A stretch of DNA of 64,000 nt from Felis catus (Eukaryota): NCBI RefSeq assembly GCF_018350175.1, contig NC_058368.1, forward strand, positions 132,124,001 through 132,188,000. Direction: 5' to 3'. Every line of letters begins with the position of its first letter. The first letter of the stretch is position 1. The position numbers and the translations under genes were made by a program. The notes under the pieces were generated by a model. That model was not told the origin of the DNA and made no database searches. It worked only from the letters and a program-made list of their open reading frames with translations. Positions 26,897 to 40,325 of this stretch are shown here, piece by piece.

Positions 26897-29195
26897 CTAC
26901 TGTAGAATTCATTTGAAAATTCAAGGAACATGTTATTACCTTTGAAAATGGAAGCAATATAGTTCCTAGAAAACAAGAGATTTCTTGGGCTATTTTTCTA
27001 ACACTTTCAATTAGGTGAACTATAACAGGAGTGTAATAAGAAAACCCTCATGAGGAAGTAGTAATTAGGGATTCTAGTGCTGGGACATCACTTTTGCTCC
27101 CTATTTCTTACAGTCCTATGGCAAACAAGCTGATGGTCTACTGGAGTGCTGTGAATGTGATCAAAATAGGAGTTCAGTAAAACAGCAGTGACTGCTGTGT
27201 GGGCTTGTGATGGGAACCAGTTTAAAAAAAAAATAAAAGAGCTTAAATAATTACCTTGAGTTTTCTAAGGTATTGTTAGTCACACAAATGTGAGCCAAGT
27301 AGCATGCCTCCCTCTCCTTTTTCATCTACTCAGGGATTCAGTTACTTTACAGTTGAAGTTACTCTCTGAGTGACTTAGTCTTAGTGGGGACCGATCAGCT
27401 GTCCAGGCTGAACCATGAAGCTGGATCTTTCTTTGGGTCTGCCACCCAGAATGCCCGCAAAGCCTGTGAGATCTGAGATCAAGGAGATGAGCTAGTGCCG
27501 AGACAGGCGATGGTGATGCTTACAAGGTTAACAAACTGAGGCCCTATTGAATTTGTCTGTAAAAACTCTCAAAACACTTACAGGAGTTGCAAGGATATTG
27601 ACAGCACTTTTATTTTAAAATTCCTAAATAAAGAATGACAAACAAATGCACCATAAAATGTATTAAAGTGTCTTTGAAAATGTATTTTTACCAGTTAATT
27701 TTAATTTTAGAAAACTGAATTTAAAATATAGATGAGAAGAAAAGGACTTGACAACATTTAAAAGAATAACCTGAAATTGATTACTGCAAATTTGGTGAAA
27801 TCACTCACATGCGAAAATTTTCAACCGACCTTTATATGACAGTGCATTGCAACAAAGAATATGTAAGGAAGGAAATGCCTCCACGGTTTAAATCAAAATT
27901 ATGAGGGCATGTCTGTACTTATTCTAACACAATATCAATTCCATGTTTTGAAATGGTTACACTTCCACAGTGAAACACATAATTGCTTACAATGCCTATC
28001 ATGTGTATTCCACTTGAGTACTTTATAAATTAAATGATGCTATACAAATGCAAATTATTAATTATTTGTTATACATGTGCAAATATTAATTATTTTATGA
28101 TCACACTGATTTTGTCTCCCCACAGGGCTGGCTGAGTATAGAGCAAATATATTTATTTGCATTAATGGAGACTGAAAACCTTTGCCCTTTTCCAACTATA
28201 ACAGAAGAGGTCGGTAGATACTGCTATACTGTAGAAATACTGAGGGTTGTCCAGAATTTTGCTAACTACTTCTATGAAATGCCATTTTCAATAAGTAATG
28301 ACAGGTCCAGTCAGTCCAGAGATCACACAAAATCATACTGGTATAGTTATGTGCCATGATTTATTTGGGTCTCAGATATTAGAAAACAACTAGCTACAAG
28401 GTTAATTATAAAACCACAGGAAAAGGGCATTGATTGTCTAGAAATTACCTTTCTGGAACATTATTTTTAATGTAACCTAATAGATTTCCTTTTTGACATT
28501 CAAAAGAATAATACTCAATTTTCCTTGTATCCAAATATATCGATTTGTTGTAAAAGGATTTAAGGTGGCCTTCACTAAGATAACACAGTTTAAAAATAAG
28601 TGAGAATGAAGAAAGAAAAAAATAGGAATTAGAACATAAAATGCAAATGAACCTCATGTAAAAATACAGACCAAAAGCCCTTTATACTGGCTTCCCAAGT
28701 CATGATGTCCATCAGCTAAATCCATTGAATAATAGATATTGATAATATTTCAAAGACTGTCAATCACATTATCAAGCTAATTAGAACCCCCATACCTTTT
28801 CTGTGAAGTTAAGAGGAGCTACTTTTGCAAGTAGGAAAGTTAAGACACTGGGGTTAACAGATTTGTTCTTGAAGTAGCTGAGAGAGTTGGGACTAGAATC
28901 CAAAGTTTTGTTAGCTTGCTCAAATATCTGGCCATACAGACTATTTCTCTTTTAATTTTAAATTACATTGGTAAGCCCCAAGGAGTAGGTAGAAGTAGGA
29001 AGCGTGTGGGTACAGGAGAAACACAGCTAGTGGGTCTATGTGTGACTGCTGCTCATGTACTGTTTCATACTTTATCTTATACCCAGATTTCTGTGTCGTG
29101 TTTCTCATCTCTGGAGCCCTTATAATGACCCAATCAGAAAACTCAAGTGTCTCAAAGTGCTGCTTCAGCAGGAACCCCTTGCTGCACTGTCTTAC

Positions 29196-29372
29196 CTGGC
29201 CCCAGTCTCCAGTCACCCAGCGAGGAGGAGGGCAGCGGCCCAAACTGCAGCGGATACGGACAGGGGGTTTGTTCTCTTCTGGACACTGTGCAGCTGGGAA
29301 TGTTTTAGAGAGGTCACTGCTCTTGCACAGAACAATCCGATGCTTGAATCCCGGACCACATTTGGGAGTGCA
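29196..29372 (-). CDS. ADAMTS6: ADAMTS6 internal coding exon (177 bp, phase 0-0), TSP1 repeat: [59 protein letters not shown]
   Basis: Acceptor ttatttccag|TGC, donor CAG|gtaaga; lies within ORF 28941..29387. Confidence 0.97.
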
Positions 29373-30221
29373 CTGGAAATAAAACAAATACAGCAGTTTA
29401 AATGAATCACAGCAGTTTAAAGATAGAGGAAAATATGAGGAAGGTCTTTCTTAAAGTGAATGTTTTTGGGTATACAATATGCATATAGACAAAATTCTGG
29501 GCAAAGTCGTTCAGATATGAAAACTCCTTAAGTTTTTAAACAGAAGTACCTTTAACTTTTCCCCTAAGGACTTTAAGAGTTAAATCCAAAGTTTGCTTCT
29601 TGGCTAACTTATTTTCTTCTTTTATCGTGGGTAGGTTTATTCCTCGATACCTCCCTGTCCTTGGCCACATTTTATAAACACGATATATACCAAGTGTTGT
29701 GCTAAGAGCTATACAGTCTTTACAGAAATCCTCATTTTTGGAATGTGGAATCCTTGGTTTCCTACTTGCTAGGTGTAGTCTTCTGAAAAGAATCCTTATT
29801 ATTAGTAGACAACAAGAACTCGTCTTTATGAAGCAAGTTAGGGATTGATTGAGATGTGTATTCTTAGAGGGTGGTAACTAAGAATACATGGCCATTGGTC
29901 AAAGTTTATTGCACAGAAAATCTCTGAACTTTTCCCTGTACATAATAAATTTCCCTAAACATAATGCTTTTGACTCTTTAGTTGGACCAGTCTGTTCTTC
30001 ATACTGAGGAAAAGATGCTTCTTCTTCCAATTATTTACCTCTTCTCCAGGTTCATTGGAATGCTATTTCTTAGAGTCATCTATTAAACATGGTGACTGAC
30101 TAAAGTCCTCCAACTTTCTACCCTGTATGTTTGAACCCTTCCTTAAAATCTGTTCTTCCTCTGAGTCAAGTGAGGACCTTACCCACAACATTTTGAAGCC
30201 CTGTTTCTATACCTTTTGTTC

Positions 30222-30223
30222 AA

Positions 30224-30275
<52 letters not shown>

Positions 30276-30299
30276 AAAAAAGGAAGGAAGGAAGAAAGA
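30222..30299. repeat. (AAAG)n/(AAGG)n microsatellite
   Basis: Direct reading. Confidence 0.95.
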
Positions 30300-31019
30300 T
30301 CCCAGATCTACTGCAGGAGCTACATTAGACTGAGAAGGGAATACAAAGTGAATAAGATGGTCTCTACCTTCCAGGAGCTCATAGTTTTATGTAGGAGATA
30401 TACATGTGAACACAGGTTAAGTAGCATAAAAGAGGATGTAGAATATATATATTCTTGAGCCCAGAATCACCATCTTCCTATCTGTAATTACATGTTTACA
30501 TGTCTTCTCATCCCTTCCACACTATAAGCTCCTTAAAATTATTTCATTTCTAATTTTTCTTTGTACACCACCCTGTCCTGACCCTCAGGATTCAGCACAG
30601 GGCTTTGAGTATGCACTCAATAAACACATACTGTTGTATATCTGGTAGGATGGTTTTCATTTACAATCAGGTAAATCAAAGTGTGCTAGTTGTGGGATGA
30701 GGATATCATAATGAACACTATATACACCCCGCATGGTTCTGTCGGGGCAATCTTTGAGCCTGGTGTATGTCATAGAGAGAAAATTACTACTTTTTTTTTT
30801 TCAGGTGAAATCAAGGATCTCATGAAAACTTCTCATCAGAATGAATGTAATAACAGAATACATATCCTCCAACTTAGAAAAAATTTCATTAAGATGCATT
30901 TTGAAGGAGGAGAACATCCAGTTCTTTCCAAGATGGCTCCAGGAGAAGCTTTAGTTAGGGTCTTAGTGGTCAAAGTGGTCAAATTCCTGATGTCTGCTAC
31001 TTCTTTTTACAGCCAAATC

Positions 31020-31335
31020 AACATCCTTATTTCCAGCTGCTGCTCCTCTCTTCCCATAGAATCCATCACTGGGTCCTGTTAATCCAACTCCCACATCTCT
31101 CTCACATCTATTGATTTTTCTCTGTCTCCACTGCCACTAATCTTGTTTCAGACAAACATCATTTTCTTCATGTAAGACTACGTTGTCTTTCTAACAGGTC
31201 TCCGTATTTCTTGCTCTTACCTCGATCCACTGTCTAAAGCACAAATCAATTATGTTCTCCTGTGATTAAAAAATAAATCCTTCAATGGCTCATTATTGTC
31301 CTCAAGATAAAAATTCAAACTCTAAATATGCTGAC
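31020..31335. mobile_element. L2 remnant
   Basis: ctctgtctccactgccact...aaatccttcaatggctcattattgtcctcaagataaaaattcaaactc. Confidence 0.6.
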
Positions 31336-31489
31336 TGCCCCTGAGAGGAAGGCTAAGTTTACCTTTTCAGATCAATCTCTCCACACTAACATGCAGTATT
31401 CTCCAGTGCAAGCCCAGGGCCACGCACAACGCCAATGCTGCTGCCACTTCTACTAATTAACCACTACTAAAAATAATAATGATAGTAGC

Positions 31490-31660
31490 AGCTACCGTTT
31501 AATAAACATGATATATACCAAGGGTTGTGCTAAGTGCTATAATTTATATAGTCTTTACAGAAATCCTACGAGATGGCAATTATTATTCTGTTTCTTAAAT
31601 GAGGAAACAATCTTAGACTAAATGGTTAGTAGAAAGTCATGCAGCTATTAAATGGCAGAC
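31490..31660 (-). mobile_element. MIR remnant
   Basis: tgtgctaagtgct...aatcctacgagatggcaattattattctgtttcttaaatgaggaaac. Confidence 0.6.
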
Positions 31661-33786
31661 GTAATGCTAACTCTTACTGTTTCCTGAACGTTAGGCTTTA
31701 CACTATGTCCTTTGCAATTGTTACCTCAATTAACCCTTAAAACAATCCTATCACTTTATATTTCAGGAAACCAAGACATGCAATCATGTGTTCTGTATGA
31801 CGAATAAAGCCTCGATTCCGGTCTTTTGAGCTTGCCCCACCTGTGTCTAGTCCTCCCGACTTCACACCAAGTCTCCTCCACCATCCACCAATGTTAGAAG
31901 CCGAGGCCTTAGAGGATTTCTGCCATTCTTTTAATGCTAAATATTATTACTGATAATAACACTACTACTTCACATTTCATTAGAGCTTCACAGTTCAGGA
32001 ATCACTTTCAAATACAGTATTCTTATACAAGTTTTTGAGAGTGAGTACAGATAAGGAAAACTTAAGCAGCTTAAGGCTAAAGAGATAGCAAGTGGTAGAG
32101 CAGGAAATAAATCCCAGACCTTCTGATCCACACTTTAGCTCTTAGCATCAGCAGGAAGTCATGAGAACACAGAAAAAGTATTAATTAATTAATTAATTAT
32201 TAAAAAAACAAATTGAGATAAAATGCAAAAAGACTTTAGGGAGATAGAAACATGTAGGATATATGGGATATCCAATTTTAGGATTTTAAGCTATGGTTAG
32301 TTCTCATAATGGGAACATTTGCTAATAAATTCACTTGTGCCACTCTCCTCTCCCTTTGCATTTTAAAAGCATAATATGTGTATTAAAGCTGGGGACATAT
32401 GCCCCTTGCATGTTCGAATATCTTTTTCCAGTAGCAAGATGCTTCTGCTATTATTTGAAGAAGGTAGTAATTTCCAGCAGTCTTGGCTAAGAGCCTATGC
32501 CAAAGTCCTGCTTACACTTGGGGGAGGCAGACAATGCCATGACACACAATTCATTCGTTTGTGGCTAGAAGTCCCCGGGAAACCAAAACCAAAACAAAGA
32601 AAATAATGGTAGTAACAAGGAGAACAATAAAAAGACAAAGCGGTGCTACTATTGATTAAGTGTCAGGCAGTGTCCTGAGTACTTTGCATGTCACAGTGTA
32701 CCTGATCCTCACAGAAACCTCCTGAAGTACCGTTTCCACACCCACTCTGCAGGTGAGAAAAGGAGGCACTAAGAAGTACAGGTAAATCCAAATAGCAGCT
32801 TTCCACCAGAGCTCTGAAAGCAAATGTACAGAGACACAAACCCTCTGTGGGACAATGTGAAATTATATGTAAAGCTGAACATATAGTGATGACTTCTACC
32901 GAAGAAATAATTTTAGAAAATTACAACCCAAACTCCTCTAAATAAGCCAAGGATATTCCATCCCATCACACTAGAAGTAGAGAGATAGTCAAGTGAATTC
33001 TTGAAATAACGAATGACTGAAAACTATATTTCTGCCATATTCTGATTCAATAAATATACCAGTCCTGACCCCTGCAGACCTAGCCACAAATATTACATGT
33101 CTGTATCCAAAGCCTCAACTCTGGTCTCTGTAAATATTGTACTTCTTAAGAGTGATTATAAATTTAAATGTTTAAAAAATTCTTGTAAAAAAAAAAGTAA
33201 AAGGCATAGGGATGCCAATTAGACCAGTTTTATTCAAAGAGAACTCTATCCTGCAAATTCTTTTGATGTTAGGTCAGAGATGTTCAAGGAGAGAGATGTC
33301 CCTCAGCTTGTTTTTATTTTTACTTCTTCCTTCTGCTTTATTAAGCCTACATTTCATCTTTCCGCCTCTCGAGACTTCTGATAAATAAATACGTTTACTC
33401 ATCTGACAGCTTCAGTTTTATTTAACTATCTAACAACATAAGAAGTTCTACAAAAGCAAGATGTAGCCATGATTATGGATATGATTAATAGGCATTAACT
33501 TCATTGTAAGTGCTTAGAGTCTTCTTCGGAAATAATCACTGGTCTCTACCCACATAAAGGGTAGATTTGTACACATTTTTTACCATGCCCTAAAATTCAC
33601 TAGTAATAATTAGATATTGAATGAGTAATAAAACTCGTTTTTTTAGATGAAAACATAGTTATAAATAGACATCAAAATCCATCCCATTCATTCTCACAAT
33701 AAACTATATAGGTAGCTGGGTGGAAGATACTATTTCAGTAGACAATCCATTCTCCACCCCCCCCCCAACCCCAACCCCACCCCCAC

Positions 33787-33938
33787 GGGGAGAGTACAAA
33801 TGGGGGAGGGGCAGAGGATCTGAAGCAGGCTCCACTCTGACAGCAATAAGCCTGATATGAGACTGGAACTCACCAACCGTGAGATCATGACCTGAGCTGA
33901 AGTTGGATGCTCAACGGACTGAGCCACCCAGGTGTCCC
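33787..33938 (-). mobile_element. SINEC lacking its A tail; TSD GACAATC(C/T)ATTCT
   Basis: Reverse head ends at 33938; direct repeats at 33741-33753 and 33941-33953. Confidence 0.85.
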
Positions 33939-35296
33939 TGGACAATCTATTCTTTAGTAAAATTATTTTTCACTATTTTTCTTTATTGCAGGTAAATACC
34001 TTTTTTTCCTGTTTATTCATATAATCAAAATTTCACAGTTATTTAAAATCTGATCAGACCATTTGTTTGTTTTCATCCCAGTGAGATATAGGAGGTCATT
34101 TTTATGAGAGATGTATTTATGCTTTAGCTTAATGATCTACTATTAAAAAGCAAAAAACGTATTTTGCAGAGAAAAGTATTTGAAACCACAACAGGGAAAA
34201 CAATTTGGCTCTCACTTGTAAAGCACAGAAATGTTAACAGTTTGGGGTTAGACTGAGTTCTCTCTGGAGATACAGGTTTAATTTGCTTAGTTATAGTACC
34301 AGAGTAGAACCTAGAAGTAAGCAAGGTGGTGTCATAACTGTCTTCTAAAACAAAGCACAGTCACCTGCAGGTAGGTTTTGCACCCTTTCCAACCCCACCC
34401 CACCCCCCAATTCCTTCTTAACTAGTGCTACCTAAATGTAAATCCTATCAAATCAATTGAGAATGTTGCCAGCAGTCATCCACTTGTCCAAGAGTAAGTA
34501 CAAGAAACAGACCTTTTCCAATGGCTACTCTGTGGGAGTCAAAAGAAACTATTCCAATACATCAAAAGAACGGCTTAGGATTGCTGGAGCCCATCCACAG
34601 TATGCAGCAACGCATCTAAGAGTTACTTGCCAAGAGGGGGCAAAAACAGAAAACCATTTAAGTCCAACATAGTATGGGTGATCCCAAGAGTGAGGCTAGA
34701 TTATAGGAAATGGGAAAGCCGTGGCTTCATTAGTTTCACAAAAGGCTGCTGAAGAGTCATTTTCCGCCAAGGCAATTTGGCTTTTTGTTTTGTTTTGTTT
34801 TTTTTCTTTTGCCATAAGCAAAAGAAAATAACCCGGTGGGTTTCACTGATGGAGAAAACGAAAAACGGTTCCTGGCTTTGCAACAATGGAAATTTTATGT
34901 TAGAGAGGCCGGCAAAGAAAAGGAAAAGGGCAAAGGGTACATTCCTCTTGCTGCAACATGTTTTCACTAGTTGAACCTCACCCTTGTGATTAGCAGAGCT
35001 CAGACAGCTGATGGTTGAAAGTGGGGAAGGGGCAGAAAGAGAAGGGAAGTCTTCAGGGGTGTGTCAAATGAATAATGTGTGAAATATTTGCAGCAGCTAA
35101 CCAAAAAAGATTGAACATTGCCTGCTGTTCTGGTAGGACCTCCTCTTTTCAATAGCGGGAGGTATTCCATTCCTCTGGGGAGAACAGGCTCCTGTTCTCA
35201 CTTTGTTCTCCATAGCTACTCAGACGTTTATTTCACTTAATACTATTTACTTTCATTTATTTTTAACCCATCCAGGGAAGAAGTGGGCTTCCTAGT

Positions 35297-35331
<35 letters not shown>

Positions 35332-35410
35332 AGTGTGAGAGTGTACCTCTCCTTTGGAAAATAAACAGGAAAGACACTGCATCTTTGTCCTAAGTTTTGA
35401 CTTAGCTATC

Positions 35411-35635
35411 TTTTTTTTTTTTTTTTAATTTATTTTGAGAGAGAGACAGAGACAGAGAGAGACAGTGTGAGCAGGGGAGGGCCAGAGAGAGAGGGAGAGA
35501 AAGAGAATCCCAAGTAGGCTCTGTGCCTTCAGCACAAAGCCTGATGCTAGGCTCAAACCCACGAACCATGAGATGGTGACCTGAGCCAAAACCAAGAGTC
35601 AGACACTTAACCAACTGAGCCACCAAGCTGTCCCT
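35411..35635 (-). mobile_element. SINEC; TSD TTGACTT(A/G)GCTATCT
   Basis: Full body and direct repeats. Confidence 0.9.
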
Positions 35636-36069
35636 TGACTTGGCTATCTTAAAGAAGATAGCAGAAATGTGCTTAAAAGCCCACCTAACTTTTTCATGTT
35701 TCTTCAAGCAGCCTCCAGGAGTGCCTAAGAGCCTCTCAGAGCTTTTTGAGCAAGTTATCTCTAAGAGTGGATAGGTAAGAATCAAAATTCTCAGAGCAGG
35801 GTAATTAAAACATATATGAGGTTGATTTCAAAAGAAAACCTTAAAATGGTATTTGGAATGGAAACATGCTATAATATACACATGCCTTTTTTTCAAGGTG
35901 ATTATATTTGTTTTATGTTAAAATACAAATATAATGATACAGAAGAGTGTAGATCAAGGGATCAATATGAAATAAACCTGTGCAAGTGATTTTAGTGTTT
36001 TCGTGGTTGGCACAAATTTTTTCCAGTTTCTGCTTATGAACTTAACTATTTTTCTCCACTTTTAAAATG

Positions 36070-36284
36070 TTTTTTTTTTAATGTTTATTTATTTTTGACA
36101 AAGAGAGACAGAGACAGTGTGAGCGGAGAAGGGACAGAGAGAGAGGGAGACACAAGTCCAAAGCAGGTTCCAGGCTCTGAGCTGTCACCATAGAGCCTGA
36201 CACGGTGTTCAAACACATGGACCACAAGATCATGACCTGAGACAAAGTCAGATGCTTAACCGACTGAGCCAATCAGGCACTCCC
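36070..36284 (-). mobile_element. SINEC; TSD ATTTTTCTCCACTTT
   Basis: Full body and direct repeats. Confidence 0.9.
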
Positions 36285-36587
36285 ATTTTTCTCCACTTTG
36301 GTAGCAAGATGATATATAAAGTTGAATCTTTATTATCATCTACCACTACTTCATGCAATCTTATTTTCCATTTATTCTTTAAAACAAACCCTCTTCTTCA
36401 TCCTACTTTCACGTCATGATCTTTATGTTTCTGTTCAGTTGTTTCAAAAATATTCTCTGAATAAGTAACTGAATAAATAACTATCTTGTTATCAGGAATA
36501 TCTTCTCCAGTTTCCCTATTCTCTTCCTATTTCATATCCCATATGCCAACATACAGTTTAGCTCCCATCAACGAAAAAGCTTTTCTT

Positions 36588-36824
36588 CTTTTTTTCAAGT
36601 TTATTTATTTATTTTGATAGAGAGAGAGAGAGAGAGAGAGAGTGAGAGAGAGAGAGGGAGGGAGAGAGCAGGGGAGGGACAGAGAGGGAGAGAGAGAATC
36701 CACGCAGTCTCTGCCCTATCAGCACAGGGCCTGACACGGGGCTCGAACTCACAAACTGTGAGATCATGCCTTGAGCCGAAATCAAGAGTCCAATGCTTAA
36801 CCACCTCAGCCACTCAGGTGCCCC
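36588..36824 (-). mobile_element. SINEC; TSD AA(C/T)GAAAAAGCTTT
   Basis: Full body and direct repeats. Confidence 0.9.
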
Positions 36825-38475
36825 AATGAAAAAGCTTTCTGATTGCACTCCAAGCTATTCTGACCTTCTTAGCTCTAAATTTCTATATCATTTATACATG
36901 TATACCTCACAATCCACCATTTTATTAAACACTGTCTAAAGTTATTCTCTATTTTCTTCACAAATATTTACTTTTCCAAGCTTATAGGATTCCTTTGTAT
37001 TGCTCATAGTGCCTATTCCAGTGTGTGTTTACTTAGTACTAAATTATACTTAGGGACTTGACCTGAAACCCTAAAACTGTTGAAGCCAATCATCAGGCCT
37101 CCCATAATGATTTTTCAATAATAAATTTGTCATCATTTTCAATGACTACTTATGAACTTCTGTGAGGGTCTTGGGCACTGAAATGCAGGTACAATAATTT
37201 TCAACATATGTAGAACTCTACAGAATGTCTATTCTTTATCAGTCGATTTTTTCTTCCAAATCAATTTAGGAGTTAATCCACTCACTTCTAGGGAACAGAA
37301 GAGTTCACACTGTTTTCCATAACCACTCACCATGAGTATCTCTACATTTGATTGAAACACAAAAGTTAGGTAGGCAGATGTAATTACTGAAGCTGGAGTA
37401 CGTCCAGGAAACTTGGGAGAACACTCCCAATTCCCACCAAAGATTCCATAGATAACTACAACTAGTCAGAATCTCCATTTACATGTACCATCCTAAACAC
37501 AGTCCCTCTTTTAGGCTCAGGCCTCTACCAAATTAAGGCCACTCCAGCAGTAAGATTCACAGGGGGAAAGTTACAACCAGGGGTTCCTAAAGAACAATGT
37601 ATGTTTTCTGTTTATTTAATTTTTTTTTTTTTTTTTTTTACAAACTTATGAGGTCTACAGGAAATACCCAAAGCAAGTACCACAATGTTTCCAGCAGGAA
37701 ATGCATCCTGTTTTGCTAACTTGGAAGAATGGCCTTTAGCTATGTAGCCAGGTACTTATTCTTTTTAATATTAACCAACATTACAGAAGATTTCAACCCT
37801 TCTTTGGGAAATGTGGAGAATGATATGGTGTTTCCATTTGTATGTCTCATGAAGAATGAGGAGTCAGGAATTAACTCTATCCCTTTCCTCATTTTTCATA
37901 AGGCAATTATTCTGAGCTCTATGGATTATTTTAGGCTCTTTTATATACATGTAAGGCAGAAAAACATTATCTTAGTCTCCCTCACTGATCATGTAAGCAG
38001 AGGTTAATGATAAAAGCTGAATTGGACTTTGTATATTACAACCTCAACTCCACGTTTCTTCCCCAGATGCAACAGAAGGAATTAAAATATACTTAGATAT
38101 ATAATAAGTGATAAAAAAATTGATAAATATTCAAATGTATGAATTATGTAGTTAGGCTGCAACATGACTTGGAAAAAAGATTTATCACTAATTCTGAGCT
38201 TATTTGCTGCTCGAGAATAGCAAAGGAAGAGAAAAACCACTTATGTGAGTACTCATTATTCTATTCTTTCCAATTCACGTTAGGTTGATTTTTAATCAAA
38301 CTGATGTCTAGTTTCTCACTGATTTCCCTGACCCAGAAAAACCTTACTTCCTGACAAGGAGCAATGAAATATAACAGGGCCAAATTTACTGTTAGGCAGT
38401 CCTTACTTGCTGAGTTCTAAGGTGCTCACAAGCTCAGGTGCCCTCACTATTAAATGCTCTGGTATTGATTAGTTA

Positions 38476-38856
<381 letters not shown>

Positions 38857-38994
38857 CTAAGGAAAAGAGAATACACTGTCAGCTGCCTTCCAAAGTGTAG
38901 TGCCTGGGCTCTGAAACAGGCAGAGCCTGGTCCAAACAAGTAATGCACCATATGTTTTTAACCACATTGATACTTCCCCTTTTCTAAATTAATT

Positions 38995-39172
38995 TTTTAA
39001 GGGAGAAGGCAAGTGGGGGAGAGGGGTGGGGGGCGGATAGAGAGAAAATCTTAACCAGGTTCCATGCTCAGCACTGAGCCCATTGTGGGGCTCGATCCCA
39101 TGGTGCTGGGATCATGACCTGAGAAGAAATCAAGAGCTGGATGCTCAACCAACTGACTCACCCAGGTGCCCC
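38995..39172 (-). mobile_element. SINEC; TSD TCTAAA(T/C)TAATTTTT
   Basis: Reverse head and direct repeats. Confidence 0.85.
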
Positions 39173-39263
39173 TCTAAACTAATTTTTAAGATAAAGATAA
39201 CAATATAAATATAAATTGTGAGACTGTGATGAAGATTAAATAAAGTAATAAATATGAAGCTTC

Positions 39264-39463
39264 CAGTCATGTGCTGCTTAAGTGTTTAACAACCGGCTCT
39301 TTATGGAGGGCAGCGATCTTGATTTGTTGAATTTACCAATTTTGTGGGGTGAATAACTCACTAACGCCAATTTCAACCTACATCCTTGGCATGTTGAACA
39401 CAAGAAGATATGCTAATAATAGGATTTCAGGAGCCAGTGCTAGCTTGCTTTAGCATACCACTG
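39264..39463. mobile_element. MER63-like hAT DNA transposon fossil
   Basis: Termini cagtcatgtgct... and ...agcataccactg; tgtttaacaaccggctc motif; degenerate 8-bp TSD gaagcttc/aaagctcc. Confidence 0.6.
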
Positions 39464-39959
39464 AAAGCTCCTAACATTGTGTCTAAACACAACAAACAAG
39501 AAACAGGAGCTTTATTTATTATCACATTGAAGCAGGTTCTCCTACAATCAAGAATTTAGTGCTAAAACCACATTAAAGGAGCTAGGGATTTGTTTTTGAT
39601 TTCCAGATGAAGGTCAGGCTCTGCAGAAGATAGAAGGACTTTATTATGCTTATAGGGCAGAGAAAGCCTGAAGATATACAAGTCTTTAAAAACCTGCACC
39701 AAGAGCAGAGCCTGAGTCAGCTCTGTGAAAACATAGAGATCCCTTGTTGTGACCCCTTTATTCCTGAAAACAGCATCTATGCAGCTAATGGGGGAAGAAA
39801 CTGAAATAACAAAACGAACATGTTTCACGTTGGCAAGTAAACCACTCTTTTTTCCCTGAAGTCATAAATGAACTTTTATAGATGTAATTTTAGGGTGTGT
39901 ACATGTGTGTCCATGTATGTATGTATGTGTGTAATACGTCTACAGAACTCACTCTTTTA

Positions 39960-40325
39960 GGCACATTATTTGGTCCAAAGACGTGAATCAAGATACAAAT
40001 TAGACCAATGAGAATTTGGCTTTAGAATTTTTATACCTCCACTAGAGCAAAAAAAGCCCTTTCCCTTCTCGTCACAAAGGTGCGTAAAGCTGTAAGAGCT
40101 GCTGGTGGCCATGCACCCTGTCAAGGGGAATTAGCTGATGTGAAAAAATACAGAGGAGCTAGAGGGCCCTGGTGCTGTTTCAGTCCTGGATTCTAGCCAT
40201 TCCTAAAGCTAGATCCATGGTTGCCCTTCCCCCAGTTTTGTTAAGTAAACCAACAAATCCTCTTCTGTGCAGAAAATAGCTGAAGTTGAAGTTGTATTAT
40301 TTCCAACCAGAGTGTTGATTAATAT
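39960..40325. mobile_element. MLT1-like LTR remnant
   Basis: gtcctggattctagccattcctaaagctagatcc...aagtaaaccaacaaatcctctt motifs. Confidence 0.5.

Noticed and set aside
29038..29410. Antisense and alternate-frame ORFs over the ADAMTS6 exon (also 38642..38860 and 48555..48764)
   Set aside because: Shadows of the real coding exon.
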